A program made the translations under genes and the position numbers. Below, piece by piece: positions 27,808 to 40,094 of a DNA stretch of 64,000 bases; positions within the stretch are counted from its first letter, which is position 1; each line of letters opens with the position of its first letter. The notes below the pieces were generated by a model, which had not been told where the DNA came from, searched no databases, and saw nothing but the letters and a program-made list of their open reading frames with translations. Origin of the DNA: Camelus dromedarius (lineage: Eukaryota); the NCBI RefSeq assembly GCF_036321535.1, contig NC_087436.1:32242001-32306000 (forward strand), read 5' to 3'.

Positions 27808-28652
27808 TTTTTTAATTGAAGTATAGTTGACTTGCAATGTTGTGTTAGTTTCTGGTGTGCAGTATGGTGATTCAGTTATACATTTTTTTTCGTATTATTT
27901 TTCATTATAGGTTGTTGCAGGATGTTGAGTATGGTTCCCTGTACTATACCGTGGGACCTTGTTATTTATCAATTTTATATACAATGGCTGGTATCTGCAA
28001 TTTCTGAACTCCTAACTTGTCCCTCCACTCTCCCTGTCCCACCTGGTGACCATGGTTTTGTTTTCTGTGTCTGTGAATCTGTTTCTGTTTTGTGGATGAA
28101 TACATTTGTGTCCTTTTTTTAGATTCCACTTATGAGTGATGTCATGTGGTATTTTTCTTCTTCTGTCTGACTTGCTTCACTTAGTATGATAATCTCTAGG
28201 TCCATTTATGTTGCTGAAAATGGCATTGTTTGGTTATTTTTTTGTGGCTGAGTATATTCCACTGTATATATGCACTACATTTTCTTTATCCACTCATCTG
28301 TCAATGGACATATGGGTTGCTTCCAGGCCTTGGCTATGGTGAACGGTACTGTGGTGAACATTAGCATGCATGCATCTTTTTGAGTTGGAGTTTTCTCCAG
28401 ATACATGCCCAGAAGTGAGATTGCTGGATCATATGGTGGCTCTATTTTTGTTTTGGGGGGGAACCTCTATACTGTTTTCCATGGTGGCTGCACTGAATTG
28501 CATTCCCGCCAGCAGTGTGTGTGTGTTTGGGGGGGGGGGTTCCCTTCTCTCCACACCCTCTCCAGCATTTGTTATTTGTGGACTTTTTAGGGATGGTTAT
28601 TCAGATTGGTGTGAGGTGGTACCTAGCTGTAGTTTTGATTTGAAATGCTAAC
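27808..28652 (-). mobile_element. 5'-truncated L1 3' portion nested in the chimeric insertion
   Basis: ttttttaattgaagtatagttgac... through gatacatgcccagaagtgagattgctggatcatatgg. Short direct repeat tactctt at 27801-27807 and 28653-28659. Confidence 0.9.
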
Positions 28653-28660
28653 TACTCTTA

Positions 28661-29050
28661 ACATTCAGTTCTGGGCACGATAATTTAAGGTGGGCACTGT
28701 GACCAAATGGGCCTTATGTATGTCCAGGAGTGCAAAAGAGGTGAAAAGAGATCGAAAAATCAAACCATCTGAAAAACACTTGCAACAATCAGGCAGGTTT
28801 AACTTGGACTAGGGACAGTAAAGGAGGCAGGATGACTGAACATCTAAAAGACTCATATGGAAGCAGATTTATTTAGCAGAGCTCAAGGAAACAAAGCTTT
28901 AAAAATCACACAGTGGCAGATTCTCAGCTCTCTGTTAGAAAGAATAACATGTTCAAAAATGGAATAGATGGCTTTTGCAAGTTACTGCAAGTGCTCAAAG
29001 AGAAGAAACAAAAAAATAGGAAACACTTAAAAGGTCTTCCCCAGCTCAGT
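28661..29050 (+). mobile_element. L3/CR1 LINE fragment
   Basis: ttcagttctgggcac, ggcagattctcagctc and tgttcaaaaatggaat match L3 3' region motifs. Confidence 0.65.
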
Positions 29051-29291
29051 AAAGGCATCAGAAATGCCAATACACTTCCTTCTGATATTCTGTTCTCCAT
29101 TACAAACTTACCAAGTAGTAGCCTGATAGAGGCAAAATTAAGATAGTCTGATAATCAGATTAGACTGAGATTATTTTGTTACTGCTAAATTTAGCATTAC
29201 TAAAGAGCAGTTGAATTTCCTGTGTTCCATGGAGGCTCCTTGTGATCCTTATTGTTCAAAATCAAACATGTTTCTTTATCATATGAAAAAA

Positions 29292-31430
29292 AAAAATAGA
29301 ACGAAGATGGCAGACAAAAGTTAGTGAAAATGAAGACAGATTTGTAGACATAATCCGACCTATGAAACAGAGAATATAGATAAAAGAAAACAGAAAGAAC
29401 CTCAAGGGTCACTACTGAATGGTATAACATACATGTAATTAAAATCCCCAAATTAAAAAAAGAGTAAGATTAAGAGTACAAAGAAATAATAGCTGAAAGT
29501 TTCCCAAATTTGAAGAAAAACTCCAAATTCTCGTCCACGAATTTCAGTTATCCCTAAATTGGAAAAAGTTCAAAGAAAACCACACTGAACAGACATCATA
29601 GTAAAACTGCTGAAAATCAGCAGTTAAAGTGGAAATCTTGAAGGCAGCGGGGAAGGGTTGGGGGCGGGGGTGTGGGGTGACAGATTACATACGAAGGAAT
29701 AATACAAATGACTGACTTCTCATTAGAAACAGTAAAGTCCAGAAGACAGTGGAATATCATCCTTAAAATGTCAAAAGGAAAAACTCAACTCAGATTCTAT
29801 ACCTAGTAAAGATATCACTCAAAAATCAGGGTCAAATAAAGATATTATCAGGTAAACAAACAAAAGCTGAGATGACTTGTCAGTGGACTTACACTACAAG
29901 AAATGCTAAAACATGTTCTTTAGGCAAAGAGGGAAATAATATCATATAAAAACTGAAATTATAAAAAGGAATAAAACGGGTAAATATAGAAGACTACGGT
30001 ATTTCTTTTCACAATTTCCTTAAAAGACAATTGTTTAGTTTAAAGCAAAATAATAACATTTTAAGATGGGGTTTAGAGTATGTTTAAAAGGATATGACAA
30101 CACTAGCCCAAAAGTAATACAATTATATTTTTGTAATTATATATTATATATTTGTAAGCCAAAAAGTATTAAATTTCAGACGAGAAGTGAAAAGTGTGAA
30201 ATGATACTTATTGTCACTAAACAGATTTTAAAAAGTTAAGGAGGCATATTATAAGTCCTAGAGTAATCACTAAAAAATAAAAAAAAGTTTAAATAGGCAT
30301 AACTAAGAAGCCAAAAGAGAAAATAAAATGTAATATTATTATAGTGTTTGATAAACTCCAAGAGGTCACAAAAAAAAGATTTTAAAGGAAACAGACACAT
30401 TAAAACTAGTAAGACCTAATTATGTGATGTCTACAAGAAACCCTCCTTTAAAATAAAGGCACTAATAGGATGAAAATAAAAAGATAAAAGGAAGAAAACT
30501 GGTAATGTCAGCTTCAAGACAGGCATTACAAGAAATGATGAGTTGATTCATCAAGAATACATAACTATATATGTACATATGTATACAGCATCTCATAACA
30601 AATGCATATATATGTGTCTAACATATATTTATATATGCATTTAATAACAGAGCTACAAAATTCGTGAAACAAAAACTGACAGCTCTAAAGGAAGAAATAT
30701 AAAAGCTTGAATCATAGCTGAAGATTTTAAATCCCTCTCTGTATTTCATATAAAAAAGAAAAAAAAAGAAAAAAAGTCTACATGATATATAAGAACCACC
30801 ACCTGGTCTAATTGACATTTACAGAAAATCACACTTAAAAATTGCAGATAGTAAATTATTTCCAATGATACATAAAATTCTCCATCAATATGGACCACAT
30901 GTTGGGCCATAAAAAAGGCTCAATAAATTTCAAAAGACACATTTGCAAACATACTCTCTGACCTCAAAGGAATTAAATTAAAAATCAATAAATGAAAGGT
31001 ATCTCAAAATATCCTCAACACTGAATTGTACCTTTAAAAATGGTTAAGATAGTATGGCTATTTTACCACAATAAAAAAATTTTTAATCCCCCAAATATTT
31101 AGAAATTTTTAAAATATACTTCTAAATAATCTATAAGTCAAAGAAGAAATCACAAGGGAAATTATAAAATATTTCAAACTGAATAATAAAAACATAACAG
31201 ATCAAAATCTGTCTGATGCAGCTAAAGTAGTGCTTAGAAAAAAATTTATAGCTTTAAATGCCTATAAAAGAAAAGAAGAAAAGTTTACTAACAAATTGTA
31301 TGTTTCTACTTTAGGAAGCTAGAAAAAAAAAAAAAGAAAGAAAATTAAACCCCAAATAAATAGAAGGAAGAAATAATAAAGAACAGAAATCAATGATACA
31401 GAAAGGAAAATACTGAGAACATAAGACAGT
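29292..31430 (+). mobile_element. Old L1M ORF1-ORF2 (right half of the split host)
   Basis: Resumes ORF1 at agatggcagacaaaagttagtgaaaatgaagacaga. Later ccagaagacagtggaat, and ORF2 gaccacatgttgggccataaaa. Confidence 0.8.
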
Positions 31431-31856
31431 ATTATGCAAATGAAACATTACTCACTGTAACTTTATTTTACAATTTCCTAATTAACCAAGAGGATAAGCA
31501 TTTTTCATTTGTCTATTAGCCACTTGGATTTCCTCTTTTGGAAAACCCTACCCAAGTCTTTAACCTATTTTTTAATATGGCTTTCTGTTCTTGTCTGTTG
31601 AGTCATAAGAATTTTCTATAAATTCTGGATAATCATTTTTGGCTGTATATATGCTCTCAATTTGTAAATTATTTTTAGCTTCCATATTGTATTCTTTAAT
31701 AAATATGCTTATTTTTAACAATATAAAATTCATCAGTAACTTTATGGCCACCTGTTGCTACATGAGTAAGATGTCCTTGGTTCTCTATTCTCTCAGATTA
31801 TTTATAAATGTGTTACCAACATCTTATTATTTTAATTGTTTTAAACACATTTTTTA

Positions 31857-31980
31857 GGGGGGTGGGTATAGCTCAATGGTAGAGTGTTGCTTAGCATGTA
31901 TGGGGTCCTGGGTTCAATCCCCAGTACCTCAATTAAAAATAAATAAATAAGCCTAATTATCTCCCCCCAAAACAAAAAAA
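31857..31980 (+). mobile_element. vic-1-type camelid tRNA-derived SINE
   Basis: A box tagctcaatgg (31869-31879), B box ggttcaatcc (31911-31920), tail aaataaataagcctaattatctcccccc followed by an A-run. Confidence 0.88.
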
Positions 31981-33361
31981 TAAGTATTTTTTATTATTAA
32001 TTTTGTAAAAAGTCTTGACATCTGGTAGGGAAAGCCAACTCTGTGCTTTTTAAGAGTCTTTGCTACTGTTAGTTTTTTACACTTACATATAGATTTTGCA
32101 ATCAGCTCTTCCAATAGAGAGAGAGGGAGGGGAAAAAAAAACGTTAGGAACTGCAATAAATTTCTAGATCAAAATGTTGAGGATTGTCTTTCTAATATTA
32201 ACTCTTGCAACCTACAAATTATCTATTTATTTAGATCTCTTAATATCTTTTTAATAAAGTTTATAATGTTCTCCCAAGGACCTGTACATTTTTTGTTATG
32301 ACTGAGTCCTAGTTCCTTCATACTTCTTGATGCTATTATAAATAGTAGCCTTTTTTGAAGTTTCATTTTGTTGGCTGCTGGAAGAAATTCAAAAAGATTT
32401 TTACACACTGACTTTTGTATCAAGCAACCTTGCTACAGTCTGATAATAATTCTAATAATTTATTTTTTAATTCCCAGGATTTTCCAAATAATTTTTAACT
32501 TCATCTTATTCTTTCCATAAATAAATGCTTTCAAATTTTTACTATTATGCATGATGCTAAATGCTGGTTCCTTTGCAGATATTTTTTATTCACATTATAG
32601 AAATTCATATCTGTTTTGCAAATTCTTTTTTCTAAATCATGTATTAGTTTATCAAATGCTATTGCTACATCCATTAAGTTTATATTTTTCTCTTCTAACC
32701 TCTAAATATGGCAAGTTGGTTTCCTAATATTTCCAAAATTCAAGCCTTACATTCCTGAAATAAACTCAATTTATTAAACTGATTATTTCATGAGTTTTAG
32801 AAAATTTCTAGCCCTATCTCTTCATATATTGCCTCTGCCCCATTCTTTACTTGCTCTTTCTGGAACTATAATTAGATCCGTACATTCTAACCCCATTCCC
32901 TGGACCTCTTTCATACCTTCCCTTTCACTCTGTGCTTTATTCTTGGTAATTTCTGCTGAACTCTTTCAATTCACTAATCCTCAGTGTCTCATTATCTTTG
33001 TCTTATATGCTGTTAAATGAAACCATTGAATTCTTAATTTTAAATCAACTTTCACTATCATAGGAGTTCTGTTATTTTCAAGTCTGCTTTGTTCTTTACT
33101 TTTCCTCTTCACATATTTTGAATCTCATCATTTATTAACTGAACCATGTGAACATTTATTTTATATTCTGTGACTGTTATTGTTTTGGTAATTCCAGCAT
33201 CCAAAGTTATCTATGGGTCTCTTTCTGCTGTCATTTCTGCTACAATAATGCACTTGGTATCTTATTTCCTTGAGTGCTTAATCTTTTTTTTTTCTCTCTG
33301 GAAGCTTAACTTACTTACTTAGAAAATAGCTATGGGAATATTTTTAGGCTTAGAATGAAGT

Positions 33362-33560
33362 CAGTCTACAATCAATGGACCAAATCTGGCCTGCAGCCTG
33401 TTCTTTGTAGAGCCCTCTAGCTAAAAACAGCTTTTACAACAAAGGGTTATATTAAAAAAAAAATTGTAAAACAAAGAACATGATACAGAGACCCTAAATA
33501 GACTGCAAAGTAGAAAATATTTACTATCTAGCTGTGTACAGGAGAATTTGCCAACCTCTG
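33362..33560. mobile_element. MER58-like MITE
   Basis: ccaaatctggcctgcagcctg...aaaatatttactatct...tttgccaacctctg. Confidence 0.7.
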
Positions 33561-35386
33561 AAATAAGTTTCTCTAAAGAGGATATAGGTTTGCTTATGCC
33601 AGGAACCTGATTTTTAACAATCCAGGATCACTTTATTTTCCTAAGTTCCAACTCTTTTCAGACTGAAATGTATTATGAATTTGAACTGCAAATCCATAAA
33701 TGTTTGACCATTGAGTGGTTGCTTCTCAGAGCACTTCCCACTCGCCTCCATTCAGAACCAAGACACAGATATGCAATTTTTCTTGTAGCTTCTTCTCTTC
33801 ACCCCTCAAATCAATTGTAAGTTTATTTTTAGTCCACACTTACATTGAAGATGTATTCCAGTCTTCTATTTTACTTCCTAGCTTGGGTGGATCCCAGGGT
33901 TTCTTATAACATGTTCATTAGGATGTGAATTTCAAAACTGATAATTTAGCTCATTGCCCTGAGTAAATGCCTATTTCTGAACTCAGTTTCTTTTCTCTGG
34001 ATCTCACATTCAGTCAATCTGTAGAATGAGCATAACCTTATTTTTAAGATAATTTTTTCAATAATTCAATCTAAGATTTGTAGTTATTTTCCATAGGAGG
34101 GTTCTCTAGGAACCTAGTCATTCATATACTCACAAACAGAATCTTTGATCAAGCTCCTTAACTTGCATTCTGCTACTATAAAGGTATACATAACTGTGGA
34201 AAGAGCAGGAAATGGGGAACAAAAAAGGATGCTCAAAGAAAGGTGATGCTTGACCAACTCTGAAGTACAAATAGGAGTTTGTGTGGCAAAGATGATGGAG
34301 CAAGAGCATTTTAAGACTTTGGGGTAGTATGAGCAAAAGCTCAGAGATGATAAGAGTATCTTTGGGAAACTCCAAATACTTCAGTGTACAGAGAGAAGAG
34401 TAATGAGATGAGGCTGGATAAGTAGAAATGGGGACATATAGAAGAATTCATGAAATATGAGAGCAATAACAAACAAGACTTAATGTGAGACAAGAGGGAT
34501 ACATCTGTGCCAATGTTTAGGGGCCAGAGAACTAATAACTAAGACAGGAATCATGGACTAACGAGGGAGTTGTGTTTTGTCTGAAAAGGGAAGGGAGCCA
34601 GAGAAGAAGGTTTTGAATGGAGAAATAATGAATTCAGTTCGGGGCATGCTGATTTTTAAAGAACTCTAGGACAAATATAATGAAATGTTCCAGGAGGCAG
34701 CTGACATTCAGGATCAAAATCTAGCCTAAACACCAGGGAGTTGGGATGAAAACAATATACAGTGGCGAATGAAGCTCTGAAAAGAAAGAGTACTTAGGGA
34801 GAGCAGTGAGAGTAAGAATATACAGGTCTTAAGTCTAGGAATCGCTGACATTTAAGGAACAAACAAGATATAACTGAAAAAGAATGGCAACAGAAGTAGG
34901 GGGGAAAAAAGCAAGAGAATGTGCTGTAATGGGAAAGCCAAAAAGCTTTAAGAAGTTAACAGCTTCAAACGCTCATGACCAAGTAAGATCTAGATAGGAT
35001 CTTAACCATCATTTTAAGAAATAAATCAATAATAATCTTGGTATTACTGTCCTCCAATTTCCTATCTGGTCTCTTTGGACTAAAGCCTCTCAAGTAAAAT
35101 TCTCCAAAAGAAACAGCCTGTTGTCTCCCACTGCTCATCAGGAATCTTTGCTTTTTCTAAGAACTTTTATCTCCCATTTTACAAAAATGACTTTTTATCT
35201 TCATCACTCTCGACTCCTCCACCAGCCCTATAACCTGACTCATTTCATTGAGAAAGATAAAATCATGTGAAGAAAATTCTTATTTCCACCACCAAATCTA
35301 CAAACCCATCCACATCCATCTTCTATCTCTATTACCTGCTCTGGGTAAAGAACAGGGTCACTTTGAAAGAACAAAATCTCTATATG

Positions 35387-35577
35387 AATTGTTCTCAACT
35401 AGCAGTGATTTTACCCACAAAACTCTCCTCAAGGTACATTAAAAAATAATTGTCATGGGTGGTCAGGAGCTGCTGGCATCTAGTGGGTAGAGGCCAGGGA
35501 TGATGCTAACCATCCTTTGTTGCACAAAAGAATTATTTGGTTCAAAATGTCAAAAGGACTGAGGCTGACAAACCCTG
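35387..35577. mobile_element. MER20 MITE inside an L2
   Basis: ggcatctagtgggtagaggccagggatgatgcta...caaaatgtcaa...aaaccctg. Confidence 0.8.
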
Positions 35578-38095
35578 ATCCACATGCCCTGAATCCTAGC
35601 CAGTCCCATATTCTCAAGAACTTAGCTCCATTTTCTGTTCCCTTCTATATCTTCAACTCTCCCTTTCCACTAGACCATTCTTATAACCATGTAAAATGTA
35701 CCAGTACATCCTAATCTTTAAAAATATATTAATACACAAATACACATCCCCAAACTTTGATTCCTTATCTCCCTTCAGGTACTGCCATTTCTCTAATACC
35801 TTATACCAAGCTTCACTATTCATATTATATTATAAAATAAAATACTTTACTCATATATATTTGAATGTATTATATTCATATTTCAATATTCATATATTTT
35901 AATGTTCTACATTCATATTCCCATTTGTCATTTCAGACTTTTCCCCCAACTGTTCCACTGCGATAACTCAGCAAGTTTATTCCTTCCAATTTACAAAGAG
36001 GCTCTTAACTAAATCCAAGTGGTCAATTATGGTTGTTATTTATTGTCTAGATTTTCTGGATTAATTATCCTCATCCACCCACCCTACTCCCACCAATATC
36101 ACCATTATGAATTACTTGGAGATTGCATTTTCAATAATCACGTCTACTACCATACTCCCAGCTCCCAGCATAGTCAGGCACTCAAATATATGTTATGAAT
36201 GAATCCCTGGCAGAGAGTTAATTTATTATAATGCTACCATATTTGAAGTAAATGTATTAACATAAGGAACTGATTTGTGCAAGAGATTTTGGCTGGAATT
36301 AAAATAGTGAGGTAAAACCTGAAATTAGGTTTCCTGATTCACTAGTCTCTTCCTCAGGGAGAAATCAAGTCAAAACCACTTCTGAAGGGAGAATGACTTA
36401 AGCTGATGTGGGGCCTCATGTTGCCTGTGAGAGGAAAGCAATCTGAGGAAGTCTTTCAGAAAAAAGTGTTAAGAAGAAGAATTATAGAGCTTTGCATTTT
36501 AAAATTCACAACACAAAAGGACTAATGATGGAAATGTCTGACACTGTCGTGCCTGGGGAAGAACTCCACAGACAGCACTGTGCTGTCACAATTTCTAGAG
36601 TAAAGCCTGAAGCTTCTGTATTTTCTTTAAAATCCTGGTCTCCCCTCCATTTGTATCATTCATCATTCCTGGTCCCACATAATCACATGGCCTTTGTTCT
36701 TTCTTATAAACACCCAGTCTTTTACAGTTTTCAAAAGTTTTCACAAACCACTGAGGTAGAGAAGGACAAGAATGATCCCTATTTGAGGTTCAGAGAAGCT
36801 ACTTTTTGGTCCAGAATTGCACTCAAAGGAATTTGCATAGGTTGACTCCTTGTCAGGAATAGGCCTTAATCATCTAGCAACTGGGTATGTTCTGTCACAC
36901 AATACTAAGTCAGTGAAGCCAAGGAGAACTCTCGGAACTGATGCTTAGACCACCAGTGACAGCTTCACATAATATTCCAAGTACCAGACAAAGCTGACAT
37001 ACTGCACAACAGCAAATGCTATGAGCCTAAAGATGACGTTAACTGACTGACCAATGTGATTCAGAAGCTTCTAATTTGAAGGTTCTTCCTGAAATGCTGG
37101 AAACAAAGGCATGAATATATTTACTTTCCACATAAACAACTTTCAGAGGGTACACTGACTGAGGAACTGATTGAAATGGTTTCTCTCCTTTGTTGTGCAG
37201 ATTCAAACTAAAAATTTCTAGTTAGGGAGAGGTTCATTAGAGATAGTAAACTGGGTAATTCTTGAGCCTCCCAAGTTCAGAGGCCAGCCAGCAATATGAG
37301 TGACAAGATACAGACAGCCAGCAGCACATCTCTTGGACGAAAGTCCTACCTGTATATCCTCTGTCAATAAAGCTGTCAATATTGTACAGGTTTACAACAC
37401 AACCCCTAGCAGACCACTGGATAGGAAGACAAATAGCTATATACAAAAAACAAAGACAGACTCAACCTAACCTCGATTTTAGCCCAAGAACAATAAACCT
37501 GCAGCTCCGAAAACTGAGCAAGTCAGCTTTGGCTTGCCTCTTCTTGTTCTACACAACCCTATTCATGCTAGCAGGTTCTTAACATTGTCATAAAATATAG
37601 TGGACAGGAAAACGTGTTAAATATGCATGTGCAATTTGTTTAGAAAACACTCATATAACAACTACTAGAAACACAGCACTGTTACTATATTGGAACCCCT
37701 CTGTATTATACTCCCTTCCCACAGAAAACAACCCAAATCCTGTCTTACGTGAGAATTATTCCTGGCTATTTCTTTATATTACCTTCTGTGTATGTATGTA
37801 TGTGTAATTTCTGAAAAATACATGTTTGATTTGACCTGTTCTTTAAGCTTTATGGTATATGTAACCTTACCTAACTTCTTACACTCAGCATTGTTTTCTA
37901 GATCCGTTAATAAAAATATGTGTATCTGTCACTCATTTTCACTACCATATAGTATCACATTATTTACTATACCCACAACATATCCAGTCAATTGCTGATG
38001 AACATTTTGGTTATTTACAATTTGTGAATATAATGAATAATTCTGCTATACTGTTATATATTGCTCCTGATGAATACTTCTCAGATTCCTTAGGG

Positions 38096-38371
38096 CAGTG
38101 CTGTCCAATAAAAACGTAATGAAAACCACAGTTTTAAATTTTCCAGTAGCTACAATAAAAAGGTTAAAAAAAATAAAATTTTAACATTTTACTTAGCCAA
38201 ACAAATTATTGTCTCAATATGCAATACTTACTAAAAATCACTGAAATATTTAACAGTATTTTTTCTTAAGTCTTTAAATTGTACATTTAAAGCACATCTC
38301 ATCTCGGACTAGCCACATTTTGAGGCTCAATAACCACATGTAGTTAATGGCTACTATATTTGAACAATGCA
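38096..38371. mobile_element. MER33/MER3-like MITE
   Basis: cagtgctgtccaata...ggactagccacatttt...ggctactatatt. Confidence 0.75.
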
Positions 38372-39338
38372 ACTCAAGAGCATATTCCTGAGTAGAGATG
38401 GTAAGCATAGGGTATGGCTTTACATTTTTTATTACCACCTTGCTCTAAATACTCCCAAATATTTCAGTCTGGTGTTTCAACTTTGCTAGTGTGAATTTTA
38501 TGAAATATTTCATTGACATTTTAATTTGTATTTCTTTATTAATAACTTTGAACACCTTTTCATGATTTTAATTCATTCAATTACTGAACCTTTTGGCGTT
38601 ATTTTTTATTTTACTCCTTTATATATTTGTTTTATAATACCTATCAAATCATGAATGGAAACCATCTTTTCTTCACTTTGTGGGCAATGTGTGCACTTTT
38701 TGATTTTTAATGAAACATTCTTTGTGAATTTTTCAATCTATCCTTTAAGATTGTGCTTTTTGTGTCCACTTAAGAAACCTCTCCCTACTCTGAAAGCATT
38801 AAGACCTTTTACTGTCATCCCTTAACAGCTTTATGCTTTTGCCCTTCACTGGAATAGATCTGAATGACACTGTAAGTCAGAAGTCTGTAACTTCACTTTT
38901 TCTCCCACACAACTACTCCAGCACTATGTATTAAAAATCAGATCTTCTCTTTGATATGCAACCCCACCTGTCATTTACCAAGTGCACATCCAACTGTTTC
39001 TGGACTTTCCATTCTATTCCTATGGTCTATATTATTCCTTTAATCTGCTAGAACAAGTCTCCTTGCTTCTAGGAGTGTGATGAGTTTCTTGACCCTTACA
39101 TTTCCATACAACTTTCAGAATCAGCTTATCACATTCCTAAAAAAAAAAAAAAGCTGTAGAAATATTTATTGAAATTTAATTGAGTTTTGAATTAATTTGG
39201 GGAAAATCATCCTCTTTACCACATTGATTTTTCAAACATGAACTCAGTATTTTTCTCCCTATTTGTGTCTTCACTAATGTTTTTCAATTATTATACCCCT
39301 CTCCTTAAAAGTCTGGTGTATCTTTTTAAAGATCTACC

Positions 39339-39908
39339 TTTTGGTAGGCAGAAGGGCCCCTCAAAGATGTCCAGATTCCAATCCCTGTAACATGTAATTA
39401 TGTTCAATACATGGCAAAAAGAACCTTGCAGATATATCTGAGATTTTTTAATAAGTGATCTTAAGATAGGGAGTTTACTGTGAATTATGCAGAAAACTTT
39501 CTCCAACCACAGGCAGAAGAGATGCAGCAGAAGGGAGATAAATGCAAAGTAGGGCTCCACAAGCTGCTGCTGATTTAAAGACTGGGCAGTGCAATTTGAC
39601 CAAGGTGGTCTGAAGGAGTCTGAGATGCTCCACCCAATCAAAATGGAAATGAAAGACTTTAACTCTACACGTAGCCACAAAGAACCAAATTCTGCAAACA
39701 ATCCGAATGAACTTGGAAGTGATTTCTCACATAAAACCTATAGGTAACAGCCCCAGGAGGAACACCTGAAATTGTCTTGTAGATTCAGAGCAGAGAAACT
39801 GGTTGAGCTCACCCAGATTTCTGATCTACAAAATTAAATAATAAAATCGTGTTGCTTTATAGCTGCCAAATTGTGGTAATTTGTTGTGGCAGCTATAGGA
39901 AATGTATA
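39339..39908 (+). mobile_element. MLT1E-like MaLR solo LTR
   Basis: tggtaggcagaa...caaagatgtcc, aattctgcaaacaa..gaatga, tgtggtaatttgttgtggcagc. Confidence 0.8.
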
Positions 39909-40094
39909 GATCTTTTCTGGTTGTTTTATACTATCAGAAAATGAAATCTTGTAAGTTACTATTTCCAACTAACTGCTGCTATGCATACATTGTCTGGATT
40001 TTTAAAACCGCCTAAAAAACTTATTAAGCACTATGAATTCTAATCACTCATTCATAGGATACTTTTGGATTTTCTATTTACATAGCAAGTTTTT

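Noticed and set aside
29200..29285. Protein-like peptide YDKETCLILNNKDHKEPPWNTGNSTAL on the minus strand
   Set aside because: There is no AG after the T-run and I cannot match it to a protein. The T-run is the retrocopy's A-tail.
31857..31930. Possible tRNA-Ala gene
   Set aside because: It carries a SINE tail and an A-run, and the acceptor stem does not pair well. It is a tRNA-derived SINE.
39291..39701. Longest ORF in the track (136 aa)
   Set aside because: It is an antisense reading of an MLT1 LTR, with no recognisable protein similarity.
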